A stretch of DNA of 24,190 bases from a virus, in the IMG/VR virus record IMGVR_UViG_2881214049_000001; one strand, 5' to 3'. Both the position numbers and the translations under genes were made by a program. The notes beneath the pieces were generated by a model that was not told the DNA's origin, did no database searches, and saw nothing but the letters and a program-made list of their open reading frames with translations. Of the stretch, positions 17,391 through 24,190 are shown one piece after another (position 1 is the stretch's first letter; every line of letters begins with the position of its first letter).

Positions 17391-19271
17391 TTAGTTCTCA
17401 GTAATTTTTGGTGCCTTCAATGCGATTTGTGTGCCTGCATTGTGTGTTTCTGTTTTGCCTGTTTTGTAGCTAAGATTTTTGCCAACTTTATAGTTTGCAT
17501 TTTGTGCTATGCGATAATCGAGGTTCTTACCCACGTTCATAAAGAGATCTTTATCTATGACCCAGTCCATCGAGCCTGTTACGTGCCAGCCCCGTTTGGT
17601 TTTAGCAAGACTCGATGAGCCGCTGCCACCTTCAAGTAGCATAAATCCGGTATTACTCACATTAGCTGCGTTGACTTCACTGAGCATGTGGACACCCTTG
17701 AGAGACAGTGCCTTACCGAATTTATCTTTACCGATAGTGCCCATCGCTGCAGAAACGCTACCTTTACCTGAAAAAATATTGCCAGAACCTTGATAGTGGC
17801 CACCACTGATAGTGAGATCGCCGCCCACGGTATTACCTTGTAAAGTAGTGTTTGCACCATCAGCAACGCTAATGTTTTTTCCTACGTTGACACCACTCAT
17901 TGTTAACGAGGAGGTTTTGGATGCGGTTAATGACTGGCTTAAAGATCCGCCCTCTATGTTCAAGCTGCCTTGGTTGAGTAAAATATCAGTATCTGAGCTG
18001 GTTATATTTACCATCGATAGCGCGCTTGAGCACTTGGTTAGGTTTAGGGCATTGGTGTCACCTTGCACTTTACCGCCGTCAATGCGCACAATGCTCTCTG
18101 TTATTGTGTACGCTACTTTTTGGCTTTTTACGTCGCTATTGTAACTCAACAAGGAACTGTTGTTGGATAATATGATTGCAGTGTCGCTCCCTGAAGCTTC
18201 CAAATTGGCATTGTGTAGTTCTACTTTACAGGCTGTCCCATCGATAATGCTTTGGGTCGCTTTTATCGAAGCATGCTGCACCTGCAACACTCCGTTTTTA
18301 CCCGATAACACATTACTGGCGCTGCATTGCGTGTTGTGACCGATATACACTTTGCTATCGTCACAGCCTGACATGATGCCACTATCGGCTGATGAGTTAA
18401 CTTTGATAGTAGAATTGATCGCCGACAACACTGGACCTTGCAGATCTTTAAAGAGCCATTTATCGACTTCTAAATTACTTGAATGCAGTGTAATGGCAAC
18501 TTGGTTGGCGGACTTGGCAACAGTTGCACCCGCATTTATCTTTGCGCCATGATGTTGGGATAATATATGGCTACAGTTGTTGAACAATATCGCTTGGCTA
18601 TTGTTCATAGTGAGGTCAGTACCATGGAATTGAAAGCGACAGTGTTTTGAGTTTTTGGCAAAAAATGTCCCCACAGGCAGTACTTTGGCATGAGGTCCCA
18701 TGGAAAAGCTCATGGTAATGTGCTCACAATCCAATACATTATGCTCTGTGATCCAATCCTTAGTTTGTAACATAGTGACGGCCCCAAAGCGGCATTTAGA
18801 CATGTTGCCGTTCCAACTAGACAGACCATTTAAACTGATAAAAAAGTGCTCGCTGTCTTTGATGTTTTCTAATGTGCTATCAATGAAAATAAAGCGGATC
18901 TTTGCATCAGGACTTTGGTTTTTCATTTTCCCTTGAATAGCGGCAATAGAGCTATTACGCAAAATAATAGTTGCCGGCGTTTCATAATTTAATGATTGTA
19001 TTGTACAACCATTGAGTTGATAGGTGCCGTCTTTATCTATATTTAAATTACCGGCTTTACCGTGCAAACTGAAAGTTGGGTATTTAAGTGAACGCTCAGT
19101 TGCAAATATGGGAGCTGAGCTTTGTTGTTCGTTAAATATTCCTGTTGTCAGATGATCAATGGCGTTACCTGTTTCAAGCTGTGCAGGCTTGAGATCGGCA
19201 GGGTAGGGATTGTTGTCAATGACACCCGCTTCTACATCCTTACGATGCAGTATTCTGTTGGGATGTGTCAT
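17391..19271 (-). CDS. Beta-helical protein with C-terminal gp5/VgrG-type needle repeats (probable central spike needle)
   Basis: Long Ser/Asn/Gly/Ile-rich beta-solenoid pattern. C-terminal 8-residue repeats (VIDKDLFM-NVGKNLDY-RIAQNANY-KVGKNLSY-KTGKTETH-NAGTQIAL) end in KAPKITEN, like gp5 APxIxLN termini. ATGA overlap with the gp5-N gene. Confidence 0.7.
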   Translation of the reverse strand: MTHPNRILHRKDVEAGVIDNNPYPADLKPAQLETGNAIDHLTTGIFNEQQSSAPIFATERSLKYPTFSLHGKAGNLNIDKDGTYQLNGCTIQSLNYETPATIILRNSSIAAIQGKMKNQSPDAKIRFIFIDSTLENIKDSEHFFISLNGLSSWNGNMSKCRFGAVTMLQTKDWITEHNVLDCEHITMSFSMGPHAKVLPVGTFFAKNSKHCRFQFHGTDLTMNNSQAILFNNCSHILSQHHGAKINAGATVAKSANQVAITLHSSNLEVDKWLFKDLQGPVLSAINSTIKVNSSADSGIMSGCDDSKVYIGHNTQCSASNVLSGKNGVLQVQHASIKATQSIIDGTACKVELHNANLEASGSDTAIILSNNSSLLSYNSDVKSQKVAYTITESIVRIDGGKVQGDTNALNLTKCSSALSMVNITSSDTDILLNQGSLNIEGGSLSQSLTASKTSSLTMSGVNVGKNISVADGANTTLQGNTVGGDLTISGGHYQGSGNIFSGKGSVSAAMGTIGKDKFGKALSLKGVHMLSEVNAANVSNTGFMLLEGGSGSSSLAKTKRGWHVTGSMDWVIDKDLFMNVGKNLDYRIAQNANYKVGKNLSYKTGKTETHNAGTQIALKAPKITEN

Positions 19272-20008
19272 GATTTATCTCCTTTTGGATTGCCTTGACC
19301 TATGATTTGATTGATTATGTTTTCAAAACCAATGCCATTTTGTGCCGTTGCGACATCCACTCCGTTGCTTGCTAGCAATGAAATAGCATCCGCACTGTTG
19401 ATCATCAAAGAAGGTGTATTAAGAAAGATACCGTTTTTAGTTATAGTGAGTTCAACCCCCGCAAAGCTTGCATAAAGCTTTTGGTTTTCTCTATCAAACT
19501 CAACTAAGGTGCCATGTGGATCGCTGAGTAAAGTGACACTGCGTTCATTATCGTTAAATGTCTGACTGCCATCTTGCTGACGCGACTCCTTGAATGATAG
19601 ACCTGGTGCGTGACTGGTAATAGATTTATTGCCATGAGCATCTGCTTCGCCATATCGATGAGGATACTCACTTTGAAAATCCGTTGGGCGCGTTTGGCGG
19701 TTACTGACGCGCCAACGGTATACTGGGTGGTAGATACTCTTTTCTGGAAATTCAACTAATACCGTAGAGTGTAGCTCTGGTACATACATGCTGCTGCCAA
19801 ACGCATTATTGCCAAGGTGTGCGGGTAATTGAGGATAGCACCAAGGTAAATCATCGATATCGATAAACTTGCTATCCATGAGGCCTTCAATAGAAACTTT
19901 GACTCTACCTAACATTCTGGGGTCTTTTACATCAACCACAGTCCCTTCGTATTGGCGTTGAAGAGCATTTCTCGGACGTAGCCAATCAGATTGTTTTATT
20001 AGCCCCAT
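19268..20008 (-). CDS. gp5/VgrG N-terminal OB-fold baseplate spike protein (short)
   Basis: YEGTVVDVKDPRMLGRVKVSI...DLPWC...YVPELHSTVLVEF...HPVY is the gp5 OB-fold signature. SD GGAG. TAATG coupling to the hub gene. Confidence 0.88.
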   Translation of the reverse strand: MGLIKQSDWLRPRNALQRQYEGTVVDVKDPRMLGRVKVSIEGLMDSKFIDIDDLPWCYPQLPAHLGNNAFGSSMYVPELHSTVLVEFPEKSIYHPVYRWRVSNRQTRPTDFQSEYPHRYGEADAHGNKSITSHAPGLSFKESRQQDGSQTFNDNERSVTLLSDPHGTLVEFDRENQKLYASFAGVELTITKNGIFLNTPSLMINSADAISLLASNGVDVATAQNGIGFENIINQIIGQGNPKGDKS

Positions 20009-21162
20009 TAGCGTATCTCTCCAGCAATATCTTCATGAGTTTCACGGCTAAGCTCAACGGTCGTGACGATGTGATTGTTGGCAAATTTGCGACTTAGTTT
20101 ACTGATAATATATAAACCTGTGTGGGTCTCGTCAGTGGCAGCATTGGTGCTGTCTGGTTCTAAGAAAGAGACAAGATCCAGTACGCGCATCTGTGGGTGT
20201 AGTTGATCAGAATACGAAAGCGTTACGGTGACGGTACTAAATAGCGCCAGCGATGTGATGTTTTGTTGGTGTGCATGCCAGTATTTGGGGTGCACATTGT
20301 CGTTCAGCCATTGCGGTGTGCTGCGCCTACCATCGATATCTGAGCGTCGCGGAAATAAATTTGATTTGGTGAGCTTTGGCGTAGGCATTTCGAGTAATTC
20401 CTCGTATTCACCCAAGTCCCTATCAGTGATGTCTACTCGATTGCCATAACCTAACCAATGGTTGATAAAACCACTATTGGTATTGATTGTATATTCACCG
20501 CTATACCAAATGTTTTTGTCGTCTGCATTGTCCTTCACGTTTGGTAAAAACGCCCAATTAGGCTGTGCTTTGCTGACCAAGGTTTTTAAATCTCGAATAC
20601 GAAAATCTCCGTTGGTACAAGGAGCAAGCATGAGCATAGAGTCTGGTAAGTTAGCATGAAGCCAGATGTCAGAAATAAATTTTTTATCGGTATCATTTGG
20701 TTGCAACCAAACTTGTCGGTCTTGTGACTTAGCGAGATTGCTATCTACCTTTTTGAAATGCGTTTTGGCAATCGTGGTAATTGCTTCTATTGCCGATTTT
20801 TCTTTTAGCGCCCTTTGGCGATGCTCTGCCAAATAGGACATTGCCGCATAAATTCCGGTAAATTTAATAAGGTAGTGGCTCGCAATGCGCTTTACCATGA
20901 CGTTAGTGACTTGAAATGACGTCACAACCCCATCACTGTCATCTTCGTTGCGACGAAACATGACATTGAGTCTATTACCTTCGTGAAACAAAGCCCTGAC
21001 TTTTTTATCACGACAGATCAGCGTTGCGCTGATTGTTGGTAAGGCGGTACCTACGGTCTCTATCATCTCAATTTCTTGGATATCTAGGTTACCTTGAGAA
21101 TCGGCCAAAGATACACCGCCAATTTCGAGGTTTAACTCGTATTGACCTTCAATTTTCAACAT
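20008..21162 (-). CDS. Baseplate hub protein, T4 gp27 / P2 gpD-like
   Basis: Size (~385 aa), position directly upstream of gp5, and motifs IEMIETVGTALPTI, WLQPNDTDKKFI, TGLYIISKLSRKF...VELSRE. ATG 21162 or TTG 21171 possible as start. Confidence 0.72.
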   Translation of the reverse strand: MLKIEGQYELNLEIGGVSLADSQGNLDIQEIEMIETVGTALPTISATLICRDKKVRALFHEGNRLNVMFRRNEDDSDGVVTSFQVTNVMVKRIASHYLIKFTGIYAAMSYLAEHRQRALKEKSAIEAITTIAKTHFKKVDSNLAKSQDRQVWLQPNDTDKKFISDIWLHANLPDSMLMLAPCTNGDFRIRDLKTLVSKAQPNWAFLPNVKDNADDKNIWYSGEYTINTNSGFINHWLGYGNRVDITDRDLGEYEELLEMPTPKLTKSNLFPRRSDIDGRRSTPQWLNDNVHPKYWHAHQQNITSLALFSTVTVTLSYSDQLHPQMRVLDLVSFLEPDSTNAATDETHTGLYIISKLSRKFANNHIVTTVELSRETHEDIAGEIR

Positions 21163-21168
21163 ACTTAT

Positions 21169-21267
21169 CAAGTCTCATTAGGTGCTGGAAAACCAACTGT
21201 GTGAATTAATTCGTCTGTATGCTAGCTTACTGCGTTGAATAAGGATAGTAATTTATATTGTACAATA
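21169..21267 (-). promoter_or_regulatory. TATTGTACAATA palindrome (21256-21267), -10-like TACTAT, and AATGAGACTTG (21169-21179)
   Basis: Exact motif copies upstream of the hub-spike operon. Confidence 0.6.
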
Positions 21268-21355
21268 GTTGTTGCCAAGGATCACCTGTTTCAGCTTTAT
21301 TATGTCAGTGAATAATAATTGTGTTTGGTGTCGACCTTGATGTTAACAGGTATAA

Positions 21356-21395
21356 CAGAGAGCGGCTCAACAAGGGCTTTTCTCTGCTGTTTTTT
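21356..21395 (+). terminator. Plus-strand intrinsic terminator-like hairpin
   Basis: CAGAGAGCGGCTC-aacaa-GGGCTTTTCTCTG (12 of 13 pairs, three of them G-U that form only on the plus strand), then CTG and T6. Confidence 0.5.
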
Positions 21396-21396
21396 A

Positions 21397-21948
21397 TTAT
21401 AATCCGATATTAAAAGCGAGGCAGTTTCTGACTATCGCTTGGCCTTTTTTACCGACAGATGGTTGATAATGGCGGATAAATGTTTGCGCTACTTTTTTCA
21501 AAAAGTGATTTTGCAAATCATTCTCTGGTAGCCACTTTGCTATGGGTACTATGTTTCCCTGTGCATTATCTTTATAAAGTAAAATAATGGCAGATGAAGC
21601 GAGACCATGCTGATCGCACACGAACTCACTCAGATGTTGTTCATGGTTTGTCACAAGCGCTACTTTGTAACGTGTGTTAACAATGTTAGGAGCGCCATTA
21701 AACGCGGTTAATATATTGAATAATAGCGCCTCATAGTCTTTTAAAAAGCGCTCCTGAATAAGACCTTTTAAGGCTCGTGTATAAGTCACATTCGTGTGCT
21801 GTAAACTAGAGTCAAGCTGTGACTGGCTGTCACGTTTAATGGTCGAGATAGGAAACACGTTGTGGTGGTTGTTAACCTTTAGGGTAGCGTGCTGACCAGC
21901 GAGACTTGTAAGCATACTTGATGTATTAAGATAATCTGATTTATACAT
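21397..21948 (-). CDS. Hypothetical protein (183 aa)
   Basis: Strong SD AAGGAG upstream, no recognisable family. Confidence 0.7.
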   Translation of the reverse strand: MYKSDYLNTSSMLTSLAGQHATLKVNNHHNVFPISTIKRDSQSQLDSSLQHTNVTYTRALKGLIQERFLKDYEALLFNILTAFNGAPNIVNTRYKVALVTNHEQHLSEFVCDQHGLASSAIILLYKDNAQGNIVPIAKWLPENDLQNHFLKKVAQTFIRHYQPSVGKKGQAIVRNCLAFNIGL

Positions 21949-22047
21949 AGAGATTGTACTCCTTTCTCAGAGTTGTTTTATTTCACCAACTAGAGCGCTA
22001 CATCTCGGTTTGGCGCACCAGTTGGTAGCAAGTGGAAGCCTATATGA

Positions 22048-22084
22048 AAAAAAGTTAAAGAATCCATGATTTTTGAACTTTTTT
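22048..22084. promoter_or_regulatory. Imperfect 17-bp inverted repeat, candidate operator in the divergent promoter region
   Basis: AAAAAAGTTAAAGAATC-cat-GATTTTTGAACTTTTTT (15/17 match). Confidence 0.4.
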
Positions 22085-22392
22085 AATTGAAACATAGTGT
22101 TGGGCTTTCCATTTACTTATGTTACGTGTATTCTTCGACGCGTACATGGTAAACCTGTTTTCTTTGGTCTTGTGTTTTTTAGAACGAAGAGTGTGAGCAG
22201 TTGCTGACCTCTTTGAGACATATAGTATGTCCTCTAGTTCAGATAAATAAGGCTACAGAGATAGATTCAGTTATGTTAATCTACCTATGTTAATTAGAGT
22301 TAGCTTAAATGTTATCCTATTTATTGAGCTGAAGGTGTGCTGAGTGTAAGCATTGGAACGCTAGTAGTGGTTTTTATATACTGGAGAGCCTT

Positions 22393-22665
22393 TTGAAGTA
22401 CCAATTCACAGGGGATGATTTATGGAGACTCCGAAAGTGGATGCGTTTGACGCAGGCTCAAATGGCTGATCTAGTCGGTATCTCTAAAAATCATTACTGG
22501 ACCCTAGAAAATTCAATTACTGAGACTGTCGATCATAAGTACGTAGGTATTTGGTTAAAGCAGGCTGGGCTAATTAAGCACAGTTGGTGGCAACCCTTTT
22601 TGGAATTAAAAGAGTCAATTGGTGAGCGGCCGATCCGTGCGCGTAAAAAAGACAACACGCTGTGA
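22393..22665 (+). CDS. XRE-family helix-turn-helix transcriptional regulator
   Basis: LWRLRKWMRLTQAQMADLVGISKNHYWTLEN is a Cro/C1-type HTH. SD GGAGAG before TTG. Confidence 0.85.
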   Translation: MKYQFTGDDLWRLRKWMRLTQAQMADLVGISKNHYWTLENSITETVDHKYVGIWLKQAGLIKHSWWQPFLELKESIGERPIRARKKDNTL

Positions 22666-22796
22666 CCGCCTTATTCATAAATAATGTTGTACAAAAACCA
22701 AATTAACCCCGCTTTTACCTGTGCTATTGTGGTTCGATATATTAGGCATATGTGTTTTATTTAATTTATTTGACTTGTAACCTTAAGAATATTTTG

Positions 22797-22910
22797 ATGG
22801 CTAAGAATATACGTAAACAGCTTAAAATAATTGTTTGTTATGATACTCTTAAAAACGTGTCTGGTGGTAGTGGTGGTGATCAACTTCCAAAGGAAGTTAG
22901 GCCTAAGTAG
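22797..22910 (+). CDS. 37-aa peptide with double-glycine-type leader (MAKNIRKQLKIIVCYDTLKNVSGG/SGGDQLPKEVRPK)
   Basis: Manual translation, below the ORF-track cut-off. LKNVSGG matches the GG-leader consensus L-x-x-V-x-GG. The SD is weak. Confidence 0.6.
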   Translation: MAKNIRKQLKIIVCYDTLKNVSGGSGGDQLPKEVRPK

Positions 22911-22959
22911 CTGAATACTGGAACTTATCAGCGCTGTAATAATAAAAGGCAGAAAGTAA

Positions 22960-23589
22960 GTGAGCCGTAATCACTTATATATACTCGTAGTGGTAGTTGT
23001 CTCTGCACTTTTTGCAATAGTTGATAGTGCTACGGTATCAAGAAATGTGTTAATTGGTGTCTTATTAATCGTGACAGTGACCAATTGGCGGAATATAAAT
23101 ATTGCACATATATCTTGTATCTTATTAATCATTACACTCATTGAATATCTAGTGTTCTTTATTTTCTTTAAGTATTGGGTCTATTCGTCATTTTTTGGTA
23201 ATGCGGTAATTTATATGATCCATTCTATGCTCGACTCTATAGTAATATGGGCGTTGTATAATCGTGACAAAATATCTCGCTATGTGTTGAAAAAGCAGGG
23301 ATATGCACAAGAATTGAGTTATAAAATCTTTACTGACTCATGTTTAGTTGTTGTATTCGCAGGATTTCTAGTTATAGATGTTGCTGCTTTTTCAGAAAAT
23401 TTACTACGAAATTTGCACGAGTTTGGGGTAAGCAGGCAAATCGCCGAACCATTTTGGAATGTGTATTTTATTTACGATCTTTATCTGCCCATTAAAAATA
23501 TACTAAACAGTATCACCATTAGCATCATCGTCTTGTCGGTTTATGCCCTGTATGTTAAACCCCGTCAGCTGCGCGCACAGCAACGTTAA
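22960..23589 (+). CDS. Integral membrane protein with about 6 TM segments
   Basis: Multiple hydrophobic stretches. ENLLRNLHEFGV...FW motif resembles a family of Pseudoalteromonas membrane proteins (from recall, unverified). Confidence 0.75.
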   Translation: MSRNHLYILVVVVVSALFAIVDSATVSRNVLIGVLLIVTVTNWRNINIAHISCILLIITLIEYLVFFIFFKYWVYSSFFGNAVIYMIHSMLDSIVIWALYNRDKISRYVLKKQGYAQELSYKIFTDSCLVVVFAGFLVIDVAAFSENLLRNLHEFGVSRQIAEPFWNVYFIYDLYLPIKNILNSITISIIVLSVYALYVKPRQLRAQQR

Positions 23590-23599
23590 ACCACTTATT

Positions 23600-23630
23600 T
23601 TGGTTGCAGTAAGTAACATGCTGCAACCAA
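23600..23630. terminator. Hairpin between convergent genes
   Basis: Perfect 10-bp stem TTGGTTGCAG/CTGCAACCAA with no clear U-tract on either strand. Confidence 0.45.
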
Positions 23631-23639
23631 CTTCTCCCT

Positions 23640-24190
23640 TTACACTTGTATCATTTCAATGGCTTCATCGGCTGTGAGCAACTTCCATGGCGTTAAAGTG
23701 CACGACACTTCGGCATACAACGGGTAACCATTTTGTGTCACCTGTTTGCTGAAAGTGGCGGAGACATCTTCCATTAATAAGTTTTTGGCTTCAAACCAAC
23801 GGCCTATTTTTAAGCTTATCAGCCCCGAGGCTGAGTCCAGCCCAGTAAATTTGTAGTTGTTAGGTGCACTTAAGAATAAGTCAACGCCCGCAATGGACGC
23901 AGCAGGCCCTGATGGGTAAACCGTTTTTAAAAGCGCAGCTACCTTTTGTCTTACATCCATACCATCTTTATATGCGACAATGAGAAAGTTGATTGGAATG
24001 GAGGGCGATTCACTTGATAGCCAGTGCTTTCGTGTCGATGCAATAGATGTCATCGACATTTGTGAGGGTGCCATGCCAAATAGGCTTAACGCGCTGTGCG
24101 CAGTTCTGGAGATTTCATCGGCAGACTCTAAATGTCCCGGTTGTTTGCCCTCCCATTGTGCGGCGCCCGCAACCGTCACTGCTTCGGTGA
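23640..24190 (-). CDS. Partial (5' end outside window) tail-tube initiator / T4 gp48-gp54-like baseplate protein
   Basis: The frame stays open to the window edge. LKIGRWFEAKNLLMEDVSATFS...GYPLYAEVSCTLTP resembles the tube-fold C-terminal GxPxxAxVxxxF/L motif. Located upstream of the hub. Confidence 0.55.
   Translation of the reverse strand, partial: TEAVTVAGAAQWEGKQPGHLESADEISRTAHSALSLFGMAPSQMSMTSIASTRKHWLSSESPSIPINFLIVAYKDGMDVRQKVAALLKTVYPSGPAASIAGVDLFLSAPNNYKFTGLDSASGLISLKIGRWFEAKNLLMEDVSATFSKQVTQNGYPLYAEVSCTLTPWKLLTADEAIEMIQV

Larger units (their letters stand above)
1..24190 (-). mobile_element. Contractile-tail baseplate/fibre module of a prophage, phage-plasmid or phage-derived contractile injection system
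   Basis: Co-oriented hub, spike, PAAR, gp25, gp6, gpI, gp53 and fibre homologues. Element boundaries are not in the window. Confidence 0.8.

Noticed and set aside
1583-20659. Numerous 60-179 aa plus-strand and alternate-frame ORFs in the track (e.g. 10316..10855, 9315..9650, 17812..18144, 6545..6868)
   Set aside because: They are nested within or almost wholly overlap long, motif-bearing minus-strand genes and are typical shadow ORFs.
15123-21171. Type VI secretion system (VgrG, PAAR, TssE-like)
   Set aside because: Hub and spike are separate genes, phage-type fibres and gp53 are present, and there are no TssJLM, TssK or ClpV genes.
2111-21266. Recurrent short motifs as a CRISPR array or recombination/inversion sites
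   Set aside because: They are 8-12 nt long, kilobases apart and tied to gene starts. There is no spacer periodicity and no cas or recombinase gene.
21985-22026. Known riboswitch (e.g. c-di-GMP) in the leader of the 183-aa gene
   Set aside because: Only a single hairpin is present, and I could not match the conserved nucleotides of any riboswitch class.

Overview
Nearly all of this window is a minus-strand baseplate and fibre gene cluster of a contractile (myovirus-type) tail. In transcription order (right to left) it encodes: a partial tail-tube initiator-like gene, a gp27-like hub, a gp5/VgrG OB-fold protein, a separate 626-aa beta-helical protein ending in gp5-type needle repeats, a helical plus lectin-like protein, PAAR/gp5.4, a gp25-like wedge, baseplate J/gp6, a P2 gpI-like wedge with C-terminal 20-aa repeats, two paralogous DUF4815-like fibre proteins (one split in two with a lectin-like domain at the break), a displaced gp53-like fusion, small structural genes, and a partial 69-aa-repeat protein. 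No capsid, sheath, terminase or integrase gene lies in the window, so prophage, phage-plasmid and tailocin/CIS cannot be told apart. An AT-rich island of about 2.4 kb (21180-23639) interrupts the cluster. It carries an XRE regulator, an unannotated 37-aa double-glycine-leader peptide and a multi-TM membrane protein resembling Pseudoalteromonas proteins. Two non-coding motifs recur upstream of the structural genes: the palindrome ATTGTACAAT, placed like a -22 late operator, and AATGAGAC(TTG). All family assignments come from motif recognition by eye, not from database searches.
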